A DNA stretch of 62,882 bases, counting the filler, from Rhabdomonas costata (lineage: Eukaryota): assembly GCA_019059605.1 (NCBI GenBank). It is 37 parts of 37 records of this genome, joined end to end, with 100 filler letters (N's around TTAATTAATTAA, not from the genome) between each part and the next. Parts side by side here need not be neighbours in the genome. Positions count along the whole stretch, not along the records: positions 37,458 to 39,062 come from JAHMHO010012208.1; positions 39,163 to 40,764 come from JAHMHO010012209.1; positions 40,865 to 42,467 come from JAHMHO010012210.1; positions 42,568 to 44,168 come from JAHMHO010012211.1; positions 44,269 to 45,870 come from JAHMHO010012212.1; positions 45,971 to 47,572 come from JAHMHO010012213.1; positions 47,673 to 49,274 come from JAHMHO010012214.1; 30 more parts are not named here. The stretch is one strand, 5' to 3'. Position numbers and translations under genes: made by a program. The number at the start of each line of letters is the position of its first letter. Position 1 is the first letter of the stretch. The notes under the pieces were generated by a model, which was not told the origin of the DNA, searched no databases, and saw nothing but the letters and a program-made list of their open reading frames with translations. Below, piece by piece: positions 37,845 to 48,662 of this stretch.

Positions 37845-38656
37845 ACACCATTCAGTTACGTTACGAGTTTCCATGTAAAATCCTCGGAACACGTTAAATT
37901 GCCGCCATGCTTCTCTCTGAGACGTGGTTTGAGCTTGTGGCAATTATCTGCTTCACAGAACTGTTTAGTAATACCGCCTTTTTCGGACCTGATAGCGAAA
38001 AAATGGAGGAACAAAAATGACAAATTTAACTAGAAAGAGACAGCTTGCCTAGTGTGCTTCCGTGTTTTGCTGTTTCGAATGCTTCCTGACTGGATGCCAA
38101 AGTTCTGGTCTGGTTTGAAGTGAAAGCTGGCCTTATCTAACACGAAGGTGTGCTGCGGCTGAATGGGGCTGTTCCAAGCACTCCATTCCCCGTCTCCAGC
38201 TCCATATCCCCTCCCCTCGTGGTGCTGGTTCGCGTGGAACGAGGTTCATGGATGGGTTGTGCTTCGTTTTATGGGTGTTTCCTGCGATTGTGTGCATAGA
38301 TGTTGGTGGATGGGTGCTTGGAAGGATTTCATAGATAGGTTAAATGCATGGATGGCTTGGGAGTTTGTAGCCAATGTGTGCATGGAGCGTTGGCGTGGGT
38401 GTGTGCATGGAAGGTTCTGTCCCGCAAGAACTTCTCTCCCTACAGATGTGCGTTTTTTCCACGCAGTTTCTACATGTGGCACACGTCATGTCAAAAGTGA
38501 GAGCTAAAGTAGAAGCGATAAGTCAGCAAAAACTGACCATGGAACCTCTAAGGCGAGATATGATGACCCTCATCAGGTCGATTTAATGTCGCCTTTTCAG
38601 GGCACCGGTTCAAAGAAACCTGCAAACAACAACCAAGCTGTTCAAATTCAATACTT

Positions 38657-38807
38657 GGACAGAAATTCCACTGCACATTTTTTTACTCAGTAATATCGCT
38701 TGTAAGGGACAGAAATTCCACTGCACATTTTTTTACTCAGTAATATCGCTTGCAAGGGACAGAAATTCCACTGCACATTTTTTTACTCAGTAATATCGCT
38801 TGTAAGG
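38657..38807. repeat. 50-bp minisatellite, 3 copies
   Basis: The unit beginning GGACAGAAATTCCACTGCAC recurs at 38657, 38707 and 38757 with one substitution and no spacers. Confidence 0.95.
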
Positions 38808-40081
38808 TAAAAATGCCCCTTTTGGAGTGCATCCCTAAAACTCTCACTTTTGCGGTGGCGCAATATCTCTGCATGGTACGCGTGGGCGGACTTGTATAGT
38901 GGGCCGGCAAACCACAGGACCGAGTGAGCACCCGGATATAAGTTAGAAGCCGCTTTTTCTCTTCGACCGTTCTCCCTCTTCTCTTTAAGTTTTATGTTTT
39001 CCCGCATATCACTTGCGCAAAGAGATACAAACACGGACACACAGACACAAAGGTGTCCCCACNNNNNNNNNNNNNNNNNNNNNNNNNNNNNNNNNNNNNN
39101 NNNNNNTTAATTAATTAANNNNNNNNNNNNNNNNNNNNNNNNNNNNNNNNNNNNNNNNNNNNGGGGGGGGGGGGTGAGGGGACGGGTTCGCCGATCATCA
39201 CTTTAAGGCATGCAAGGCATGCAACCCAACACAATCAAGTCATGCAAAGGCGCGACCTTTTCCTCGAGGAAAAGTCCCTCCCAAAAGACCAGCAACGCTG
39301 TGACGCTGCCTGGTGATGGCACGCTAAGACAGGAAGCGTGAAGTGTGCTGAGCGTATTGCAATAAGGTGATAGGGTGAGTATGCTGAGGCACCGGAACCA
39401 GGATTGGCTCGCCCGTTCTGCGTGTTTTTCTTTTCGAGGAGGCAGGGCTGTGACTCTACCCCTTAGTGGCGTGATGAGACAACAAGGGTGGGGGGGAGAG
39501 ATGAAACGTAACATGGCACGTAATATAAGCCGTTTGGACACTAATAAGGCGAAGAAAATAAAAAGAATGGAACGTATTCTGCGATGTAGGACTGAACTGG
39601 GTGAACTGGGAGTGCCAAACAGCTGCTGAGAAAATCCCATAAACCGGTTGTCTATTATTGGTTGGCGAGCGACAGAAGTCAACCTTCTGCCAATGAGGCT
39701 TCCGAGCATCGTTTCTCACGGGGCGAGTGTACAAGCAGTAGGTGTAGCCATGACTGAGGGCGTACAGCAGGTTAATCCAATGCCCCACGGCGAAGCCATG
39801 CAAGCCGTTCTCGCGGCCTTTCCATCTGCCAGGAGGACAAAGCCGTGGAAGTTGCGCTTTCAAAGAAAAGACAGTCTGTCCCAGCAGCACACCTGATGTT
39901 GTCTCTCTGATTAAATTTTTCGTGTGAAGAGCTCTCAGTTGGAAGTTCGTGCAGTTCGCACGACGACTGAAACAAGTTCTTTCCATTGTGTGAGAGCAGC
40001 ATGGGCCTGGAACATTACTTACATGCTGCCGCACACAAATCAAATGGGAAAGAAAACTCCAATACTGCTGACACTGCATAC

Positions 40082-40407
40082 CCGCCATCCTGGATGAAGA
40101 CCTGCACAATGCAGTCGCCAGAGGCTGCTGCGCCGCCCACCCTGCGCCGCCTCAGGGAAGGCACGCACACTCGGTTTGGCTGAGAGTACTCCTCCACTTC
40201 CTCCTCATCCACCCAGGCGTGGGCAGCAGCAGGGGCAGGCTGCCCCGCAACTGGGTCCGCCTGCGTGATATGAATCGCAGCTGGGGAGGCCGAACGGCGT
40301 TCCCCAAACCCCAGAACGGCGACCAGCTTCACATGGGCAGTTCCCAAGAGGTATCCAGCTAGAAAGTATAGCAACCCGACAAATGAGACAGCAAGCGGAA
40401 ATCTCAT
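40082..40407 (-). CDS. First coding exon of a signal-anchored (type II-like) membrane protein
   Basis: MRFPLAVSFVGLLYFLAGYLLG followed by a Pro/Ala-rich stem. The ATG lies 6 nt after TTTGCAG and the exon ends at a GTATGC donor. Confidence 0.5.
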
Positions 40408-41307
40408 ATTTTTCTGCAAACGAAGACAGAGGTCACATGCTTACACGCACACATTCACCATACCCAACATCACCCAATACCAATATTATATGCTCAACAC
40501 CAACATTACAGTAACTCCGAGGTATATCCAAATTTGTCATCGACAAGCCGCAACCCTTCGAAGGACATAGGGTGCAGGCTGGATTCAGAAGTACAACAAG
40601 CAAATATCAAGGCAAAGAATGAGACCTGTAGCCGCATACGGTGCAACCACATTTATACAAATGCCTCGAAAGAAAAACAGGGAACCCGAGCGCTTCTTTG
40701 TGTTATGGGCGGTGGGCCAGGTGGGCCTATAAACACATTTTATTAACGATGCAACCAACCACCCNNNNNNNNNNNNNNNNNNNNNNNNNNNNNNNNNNNN
40801 NNNNNNNNTTAATTAATTAANNNNNNNNNNNNNNNNNNNNNNNNNNNNNNNNNNNNNNNNNNNNGTGTGGGGTTTCTGCTCCGCAGGGCGAATCAAAGAC
40901 CAATGGTTGGGCGTAGCAAAAAAGCTCTCATCCGCTTAGCACCATGTTCGCCACGTGTGGGTCACCACGTTTTGTAGTCGTTTAGCTGACGGGTCCGCTT
41001 CCACATCTCGTTTCCAGACTGCAAACTTGCCTTTTACCTGCCTTTACCTGCCTTCTGTCTTTCGTTTGTGCGTTCGTGTGTTCGTTCGTTCGTTCGTTCG
41101 TCAATTGGGGCGCGTGTGGTACTTGGTAGTGAGGTGTCCCAAAGGGCATGGCGCCAGTGGGAACGTTGTTCTTTGGACAGGTTTTCATTCATAGTGTTTG
41201 TCTCCGATCCTTCGTGCGCTTTGCACTTCCTCTCCTCTGCTCTCGCTCCTCCCTCCATCCCTTTCACTTTTTTACTTGTGTGCATCCTTTTGAGCGTCTC
41301 ATCCACG

Positions 41308-41851
41308 ATGGCGCAGGGTATTTTGGATATCAACAAGCCCATCCGCTACTGTGAGGACTGGGCTGTGGGAATTCCGTTGATCGATTCACAGGCTCGTCAC
41401 GCCCTTTCTGAAGCTCTGATGCTAATTTGTCCTTCTCAGTCTCGAGCCCGTCGTCCAACAACCTCTGAATATCAATATCCTCAACTCAATTCGCAACTGA
41501 ACCTGAAGCTCTGCTTTGCCTGTTTGATGCCGCTTATTTTTGTGGCGTTACACAAGGGAGTCCTGAGAACACCATCATTGTTGCTTTTGTAGCTTTTGAT
41601 CATTGGTCTTTGCATCGCTGCTACGGTTTTGGTCGCTGCGTTACTTTGCTAGCATTTGTTGTCTTTTGTTGCTGTCCTTTCGTGCCCTTGTATGTGGACT
41701 GCTTGCTCTTCGCACACAGCACCTGAGGCTGTTCGAGATGATCGAGGATCTCCGGCTGGCTGTGGTTTCACAGGCAGAGAATGCGATGATTACCAAGGTG
41801 CTGAAGGGGCTGGTGGACTATTGCTTCGACCACTTCGAGTGTGAGCAAATG
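41308..41851 (+). CDS. Hemerythrin-family di-iron protein, first two exons (41308-41391, 41720-41851)
   Basis: Spliced: MAQGILDINKPIRYCEDWAVGIPLIDSQ|HLRLFEMIEDL...VLKGLVDYCFDHFECEQM, which has the VG-x3-ID-x-QH-x2-LF and Y-x3-HF-x2-E ligand motifs. The intron is GC-AG. Confidence 0.85.
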
Positions 41852-42987
41852 GTGCGTCGTCCCCAACCCCAAGGTCCCGGCTTCCCATATCCATCCACCC
41901 TCACTCACACTCAGATGGTATGTCATCTTTGTCTCTCTTGAAGTATCTCTTGACCTTCCCTTCTCTTTGTTCAGCGCAGTTTCTAGCTCGTCTCTCTCTC
42001 CCGCTTTCTGCTTGAGACATGGCGCAGACGAAGTGGTGGTTTTTCGATGAAATTTCCCATTTTTGCTCCCATGATGAATCAAAATCTTTTTCTCTGCGGA
42101 AATGGGTTATATGGGTTTGAACGCCCCAATCGCCCGTATCCCCCATCTCCTTCCCAACAAATGAACTCACATATCCATATTCTCCGCCCTGGGTTAACGT
42201 TCGACTCCTAGCCCTTTTTCCTTCTTTCTTCCTGATTCCTACTTGTCCCTTCGCTCTGAAGTTTCACCGCCCTCTCTCAGGTCACTTTATATCTTTCGCA
42301 TCACCCCTTCTTTTTTCCCTCCTTGCAATGTCTGAACCCCCACCTGCGTGGGCGCAGCAGCTCTTCGGGCCGCTCATGGCCTCTGTCCAACGCTTGCAAG
42401 AGCAGCAGCAACACCTGCAGGAGCGCTTCGAAGCCCTCACCCTTGGGACTCCCACACCCACCCACCCNNNNNNNNNNNNNNNNNNNNNNNNNNNNNNNNN
42501 NNNNNNNNNNNTTAATTAATTAANNNNNNNNNNNNNNNNNNNNNNNNNNNNNNNNNNNNNNNNNNNNTTTGTGTGGGGCGGGGCTGCGCGTCCCCTGCTT
42601 GCCTTGGAGTGAGAATCCTTTGCCCTCGTGTATCCGCTACTGAGTCCTGTACAGACCTGCCATAACAAGACGTCTCCTTTCGAACCAATGAGACTTTCAA
42701 GGGTTTCACTCTTCCGCAAATAATTCCCCCGCCTTCAGGATTCATCAGGTTACGTGGTATGCTGAGGTTGATCGATTGAAAATTCTACCGCAAGAGGCTC
42801 CTCCTGCGAGAGAATCGGAAGCAAGATTGAGCGCCACGGGCGCGCTTGTTAAGAACGGGTGAGCACCTTTTCTGCTGCCTGCTGCTGATGGAAAAGTTCG
42901 CAATCCAAGAAAAAGTTTACGGCATTGCTGGAGGAGTTGTGCTGTCAGACAGCACTCTCCCATTTTTTCTTTCTAAAAACATCACAG

Positions 42988-43773
42988 GGGAGATTCCCAA
43001 CCTTTTTGAGGCCCCCGAGCAGGACGAGATCCTGAACGTGATGAAGCCGATCTGCGTCAGCGAAGGCCTACCCCTGACGAAGGTAACATCACTTGTTTAT
43101 ACACTGTGTATATCGTACTGTTGGTGTGAGGATTGATTTTCACCCTACTCCCCACCCTCCGCACGGTTGCCGAGGCAGTCACCGAGTAACAACGAAGCTG
43201 TCGGTCTTATCCTTCATCCGTTTTCGGCTGACTTGCGCCAACATCCCTTTTCCCCGCCTTAACGTTTAGGCCTTGTCTCTTGGAATGGAGATTTTGTCAC
43301 CGTCCAGTCTTCCAGCCCTGTGCCGTTGACATTCCTTGCATCTTCCATGTCGATGCACAATATCTACACTCTCACGACCTTCATCCTGTTCATCACCCAC
43401 ACAGCTCCTCCCCCTCGCATCCAGCTATTATAATTTCCATATCCCGCCCCAGTCTGTATTTTCAGTTTTTACTGCAGTGCTGTGTCTCAGAAGCTGGGCT
43501 ATTTGTTGCACTGCCTTTTTCCTTTTTAACCACTGAACAACAACACCCTGCGCTTTTCGCCACCGCGCTCAGGTCTCGATGTTCGCGAGGTTTGTGCGGT
43601 TTGTGCGGTTCAACATCCACATCAGTCTCTGCATGAGCCCCCAGGGCGAGGTCTTCCGCAGCCGCCTGCGAATGTTCCCCGCGCTGGTCAACTGCTGCAC
43701 CATCGACTGGTTCAGCGCCTGGCCCGACCAGGCCCTGCACTCCGTTGCGGACAATGCCTTCAACGCAGTCCAG
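42988..43773 (+). CDS. DNAH1: Axonemal dynein heavy chain AAA4 region (exons 42988-43082, 43573-43773), DNAH1-like
   Basis: GEIPNLFEAPEQDEI...LTK|VSMFARFV...NIHISLCMSPQGEVFRSRLRMFPALVNCCTIDWFSAWPDQALHSVA. It may belong to the same gene as 23855-25429. Confidence 0.92.
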
Positions 43774-44569
43774 GTCCGGCCCCCCTCAACCCCCTTTCCG
43801 CTTCTTGTTCTGCTCTTCTACTTTTCGGTTCCAGACCACTCCTACAGACGCGGCGAACGGGTGCCTTGAGAACCACGTCGTATGGTATGCTGTGCTTCGC
43901 ACCGAATCGGAAGCTGTCAGCCGTTATACTGAAGCGGCAGTTGTCACTCTCAGTTGACAAAGTTGCAAAAATTTCTCTTCTCTTCTCTCCAACATGAGCG
44001 ACCCGAGCGAAATTCCTTGCGGTTCCATGCAAGAGATGGGGTGGAGGAAGCAAAGTTTCCCTGAAGGATGTCAATACTGAAATCAGGTTGGCAAGAGGCA
44101 GGAATCAAGTCTCACCCACATCTGCACAGCTTGCGGAGCACCTGCAATGGCTCTGAGAACCCCAAAAANNNNNNNNNNNNNNNNNNNNNNNNNNNNNNNN
44201 NNNNNNNNNNNNTTAATTAATTAANNNNNNNNNNNNNNNNNNNNNNNNNNNNNNNNNNNNNNNNNNNNGTTTTGTTTTTCCAAAACACAGTATGCGGATA
44301 TTTTCGTTGTACGCAGGAGCTCGTGGGCTCTTCTGTGCGGGTCTCCGCGAGTTTTGATCTGCACGGCAACGGCTCCGCACGGGTGGTCTCCGCGCTAGAC
44401 ATCTTGACGGCCTACCGCACAGCCCCCCACATTGACGTCCGTGAGACCCAAATTCGGGCTGTCCGGCTTCTGCTGCGCTGCATCCGGTGCGCCATGCCTC
44501 CCCTTCCTCTCTCATGTACTGTGATCTTTGCCTCCCTCTCATCAGCTCCGACAGCAGACGTTTCCTGTG

Positions 44570-44911
44570 TTATGAAGTGTCATGGTGCAATGCGGGATTC
44601 CAATCCGGTTCTGTGCGCCTGAGGCGCCTGAGAAATTGAAGGTGAAGCTTATTGGGACCGGGACCTACTCCCTTCTTCATAATTCCTGCTTGGTGTGCCT
44701 CGAGGACCGATTGGGGCTTTTTGCCGTGTTTTTTATACTCCTCGGCTAGTCCGAAGCCTTCAAAGAGCTTTTCGACAGTGCCAGTTGCGATTTCTTGCAT
44801 ACCATGCTCAATTGAGTAGAGTGTCTGCGCCGTCCGTCTCGATTCCGCAAGTCTTCCACCCTCAGTCAGCGGCACGCTCACCTTTCTTCCAGGCTCTCTC
44901 TGACCACACAC
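44570..44911 (-). mobile_element. Possible decayed non-LTR retrotransposon fragment (pre-RT region)
   Basis: Only the motif IMKKGVGPGPNKLHLQFLRRL, resembling the K-x-PGPDG motif before LINE RT domains. It lies antisense in a probable intron. Confidence 0.25.
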
Positions 44912-46112
44912 ATCGCCTTCTTACCCATTCCTGTGGCCCTCTCTGGGGAGCAGAGCAGTACTCTTTTCGAGCCCTTCGCCACGCTCTACCGCGGCCTCGC
45001 CGAGGTCGATGGAGTGCCGTGCCCTCAGGTTATATATATATAACCTGCCCTGATGCAGGTCCCCACTTCCTCTTTTAGAAATACGGAATTGGAGCCAGCC
45101 CCTATTGCAGGCTCTCTGCGGCAGCTCCAGCTACACTGCGTCTCAATGCGGCTATGTTTCTGTGACACGGCACGGCTCTATCCTGCCTCTTCGGCCCGAG
45201 TGCTTGTTGTGCGTCTTTTCTCCCTCCAGCTTGGGCAAGAGTTGGGTTCCGTACAGACCACCTGTGCTGCGGAGGGTGTGATGGATGCCTCTCTGCTAGT
45301 GGGGTACATCTGGGCAGATGAGCCCCGGGCTGGGGCCTGGGTTGCCGTCACGGGAACGCGCCCAGGTCTGGGGGACGGGGCGGTTGTGGTGTGGGCGAGG
45401 GGCAGGGATGACCACTGACATATGGAGTAGTTGGGCATACATTTATGGTTGGTCACTTTTCTTGCACACCCCCTCCCACTCAGCATGTGGACTCGCTGAG
45501 TCAAAGCATTGCACAAAGAAAAGTTCTTAGGGGTATTAAAAGTAAAATTGCTATCATCTCACCCGAAGTACTCGCCCGAAGTATTTCCCATGAGCCTGTG
45601 AAGAAGGCAAAGCATACACCACCAAGTGTTTTGAGAAGTTTTCATGAAACAAACAGTGTATTAGTAAACAGTTAGGAAGACCAGAGATTGGTGTCGTCAT
45701 AACTTGAGCTGAAGTGGCCGGTTGGAATCCTGACTCGGTTGCTTGGTTGATGGCAGTGCCTCCTGAGTTGAGTTTGTTTGCAATTTCCATCCAAGGGTCC
45801 ATTTTTTCGCCTTCTCGACCTTGCCGTGGGAGTGGACTCTGAATCCGCTGGTGTAAGGATCCCCACAAAANNNNNNNNNNNNNNNNNNNNNNNNNNNNNN
45901 NNNNNNNNNNNNNNTTAATTAATTAANNNNNNNNNNNNNNNNNNNNNNNNNNNNNNNNNNNNNNNNNNNNGTTGTGTGTGACCACGTTTCTGAAAACGCT
46001 TTTTCTTTCACTGCACGAAGAACGCAGGAAACTTCCCGCTTTTGGGATTAGGGAGCTTCTGGTTTTTGGGTCATCGCTGTGGGTTCATCTTGGCGAACAA
46101 TTTTTTTCGCAG

Positions 46113-47099
46113 GTACTTTTACTCCGTGGTGGTTGCCTTCCTGTACTTGCGCACGCTGAGGAGGCCGCTGATCAAAACCTGGCCTGGGCTGGAGGACAAT
46201 TTCCGCCACCTGTCGTTTGTCGTCTTCTGCCTCTATGTTCTAGGTGTTTTGTTTAATCCTTGGTTGAGTGAGTGGGAGTGGGAATCTGTGTGCAGCAACA
46301 GCAGCTTCCGTCGCTCCGCCTGAATACAGTGTGTGAATATTTGGATGCGTGGTGATTGCTTTAATGCAATTGTCGGGAGCGTGGGTTTAGGTGGGGAGCC
46401 TGAGTAGTGCGCTTGGGGGACCATCGACTTGATTTTAACTGTGGTTTCCGCTGTCATGGCCGTCGTTTTGGTACTGACTTTGAATCTGGGTGACAGCAGG
46501 ATTGTGGTGACGGTGGCATAACTTGTCTCTTCCTGATGAATGCACTGCTAATTTCGTGCAGTCCGGGGGGGGGAGGTGCAATCTCTGAGCTCTGAGCTAA
46601 GGGTTTCTAAGCATTCGTGAAGGATTGTGGTGATGTGTAGTGCTGATCAGCGGCGAAGCGTTCCGATGTTTTCATTACTTGCCCTCGCTTGCGCACTGGA
46701 CTTGTGTTGTGATGTGTGCATCACTGATGAATGCTTTCAGGGGTGGTGGTCCGAGTGCTTGTTTTTGTCTTACATTATACCCCTCATTCTGGTCCGGCTA
46801 TTAGCACCCGCTGGACGAGGATTCTGGTTCACACTTTGTGCCGCTTGTCGAACTAGCGTAGCTGCACTACTTCACACTTTTTCATCGTCAATACAATGCC
46901 CTGAATGCAAATTCACTTTTCACTTTTCTTCCTGTGTTCTTGCTATTACGCACGCAGGGTTTATGCTGTTCGTGTGCTCACTGAAGGCGAAGTTCTACGC
47001 CTACCAGTTTGGCCAGCTGGCGTGGACCCACATGGGGCTGCTATACATCGGGGTGCAGGGCGTGTGCTTCGTGCACAACATGTTCGAGGGGATGCTGTG
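46113..47099 (+). CDS. CDS1: Phosphatidate cytidylyltransferase / CDP-diacylglycerol synthase (exons 46113-46243, 46958-47099)
   Basis: ...HLSFVVFCLYVLGFMLFVCSLKAKFYAYQFGQLAWTHMGLLYIGVQGVCFVHNMFEGMLW follows the eukaryotic CDS pattern GF-x2-FV-x-SL...QF...AWTH...N-x-FEG-x2-W. Confidence 0.88.
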
Positions 47100-47784
47100 G
47101 TGTGCCTGTTCGTTTGGATTTGGGTTTGGATCCTGCTGTGAACCAGAGGTAGGAAATCACCTGCCTGAGTGCTCTTGACTCCGCTCGAGATGAGGGAAAC
47201 GGAAAACCTCACGGAGGGAGGGTAGAGATGTCCGAGTGGGGAGGGTTGGCGCTCCTCAGGGAGAAGAAAATGAAAATGTGCGAGTGCCACATGCGGGAAG
47301 GGCAGGGGTGGTTGCTATTAAGAAATGTGCATATGAATATATGAATGGGGCAGACAGCGCGCACGCGCGTGCGTTTGTATCTTTCTGCATCGGTTCACTC
47401 CCATGTTCATTTTGATTCAACAACCACGACAAATTTGATCAGCTCTAAAGCGCTCAAGCTCCCAGATTTATATTTATAATTCAACGAACCTGCTGACACA
47501 TAGGACTGATTTGTGTTCCACCGTTTTGGTAAGCAAAACGTATTTACATTTTTGTTATTTATAAGGCTAGCTNNNNNNNNNNNNNNNNNNNNNNNNNNNN
47601 NNNNNNNNNNNNNNNNTTAATTAATTAANNNNNNNNNNNNNNNNNNNNNNNNNNNNNNNNNNNNNNNNNNNNGTGCCGGCGCAACTGCTGTCAGGAACAG
47701 AATAAGCCGAAGAAACAGAATAAGACAAGTTTGACAAGGGAAGAATTCACCAATAATGGCACACTGACATATCCAAAAACTCAC

Positions 47785-48662
47785 CTGGGATTTTTCAGGT
47801 TGAGCCAAGATGGGATCTGCCCGTTGGTCACCAGGAAAATGCGCCTGAGCGAAAGAAAAAGAAAGGTAAAGCTGATGCTCCTGAATGGATACTGGCACCC
47901 TGTTTGTGCAGGCATGCCCTGTGATCTGTGAAGTTTTCGTTTCAAAAAAAAGCTGAGGTAGAGTGTGCATCTCTTTGTTTGAAACTCTTGTTGAGCATTG
48001 AAGTAAACGAAAGACAAGTCAGCTAGGTGCGTTCAGATGAAGTGAGGAAAAAGAAGCGAAGAGAAATTCACGACCAGTTTGCACAACGTACGAACCGCTA
48101 CCTGAAAAATTCGAACTGCAGCAGGTGCAAAACCATGCACAGACAGGTCACACCAAACCCATGGAACATATTTTTCCACGGAGCGAAGGGAATAGCGCAG
48201 CTCCTGATTATCCTCGAACCGGCTCTTTCCTGCACGGTCACGGCCAAGCAGATCTGCCTTCGTTTGGTTGAAGGGCTCAAAGGGCACCCCAGAGCTCCCG
48301 TTGCTTCCGTTCGCAGCGCTAAGAAAACTGGCTTCGCGAGACTTATTCTCCTCCAACCTGTGGTAATACTCTAACTGAGCCAGCAGCAGTGGGTCGGAGC
48401 CATTCACATATGTGTAAACAATGTCCACCGGTTCGCCGCATAACAGGGTCTCAAAGGAAGACCCAGCCAGATTATCCTTGAAGTCCAGTCTTGGGCGATG
48501 AGGGCAAACAATGTCCGAGGCAAACCACCAGTCCAACAAATGAAGTGCCGAGTTCAGAGTAAAAACCGACGCTATGAACAGCACTGCCACTCCGGTCCGA
48601 GTGCTCAGCAGACTGTAGCACTGTCTCTGCAAAAGCTTCAGCACATGTTGTTCACGCCGCAT
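47785..48662 (-). CDS. GNPTAB: GlcNAc-1-phosphotransferase alpha/beta-like Stealth protein, 5' part (exons 48662-48154, 47844-47785)
   Basis: KLLQRQCYSLLSTRTG plus a TM helix, DNLAGSSF, Stealth CR1 PVDIVYTYVNGSD, and CR2 SRFEDNQELRYSLRSVEKYVPWV|xRIFLVTNGQIPSWLNLKNPR. Confidence 0.93.

Noticed and set aside
38657-38807. CRISPR-like appearance of the three 50-bp repeats
   Set aside because: The units are head-to-tail with no unique spacers and there are no cas genes; it is a minisatellite.
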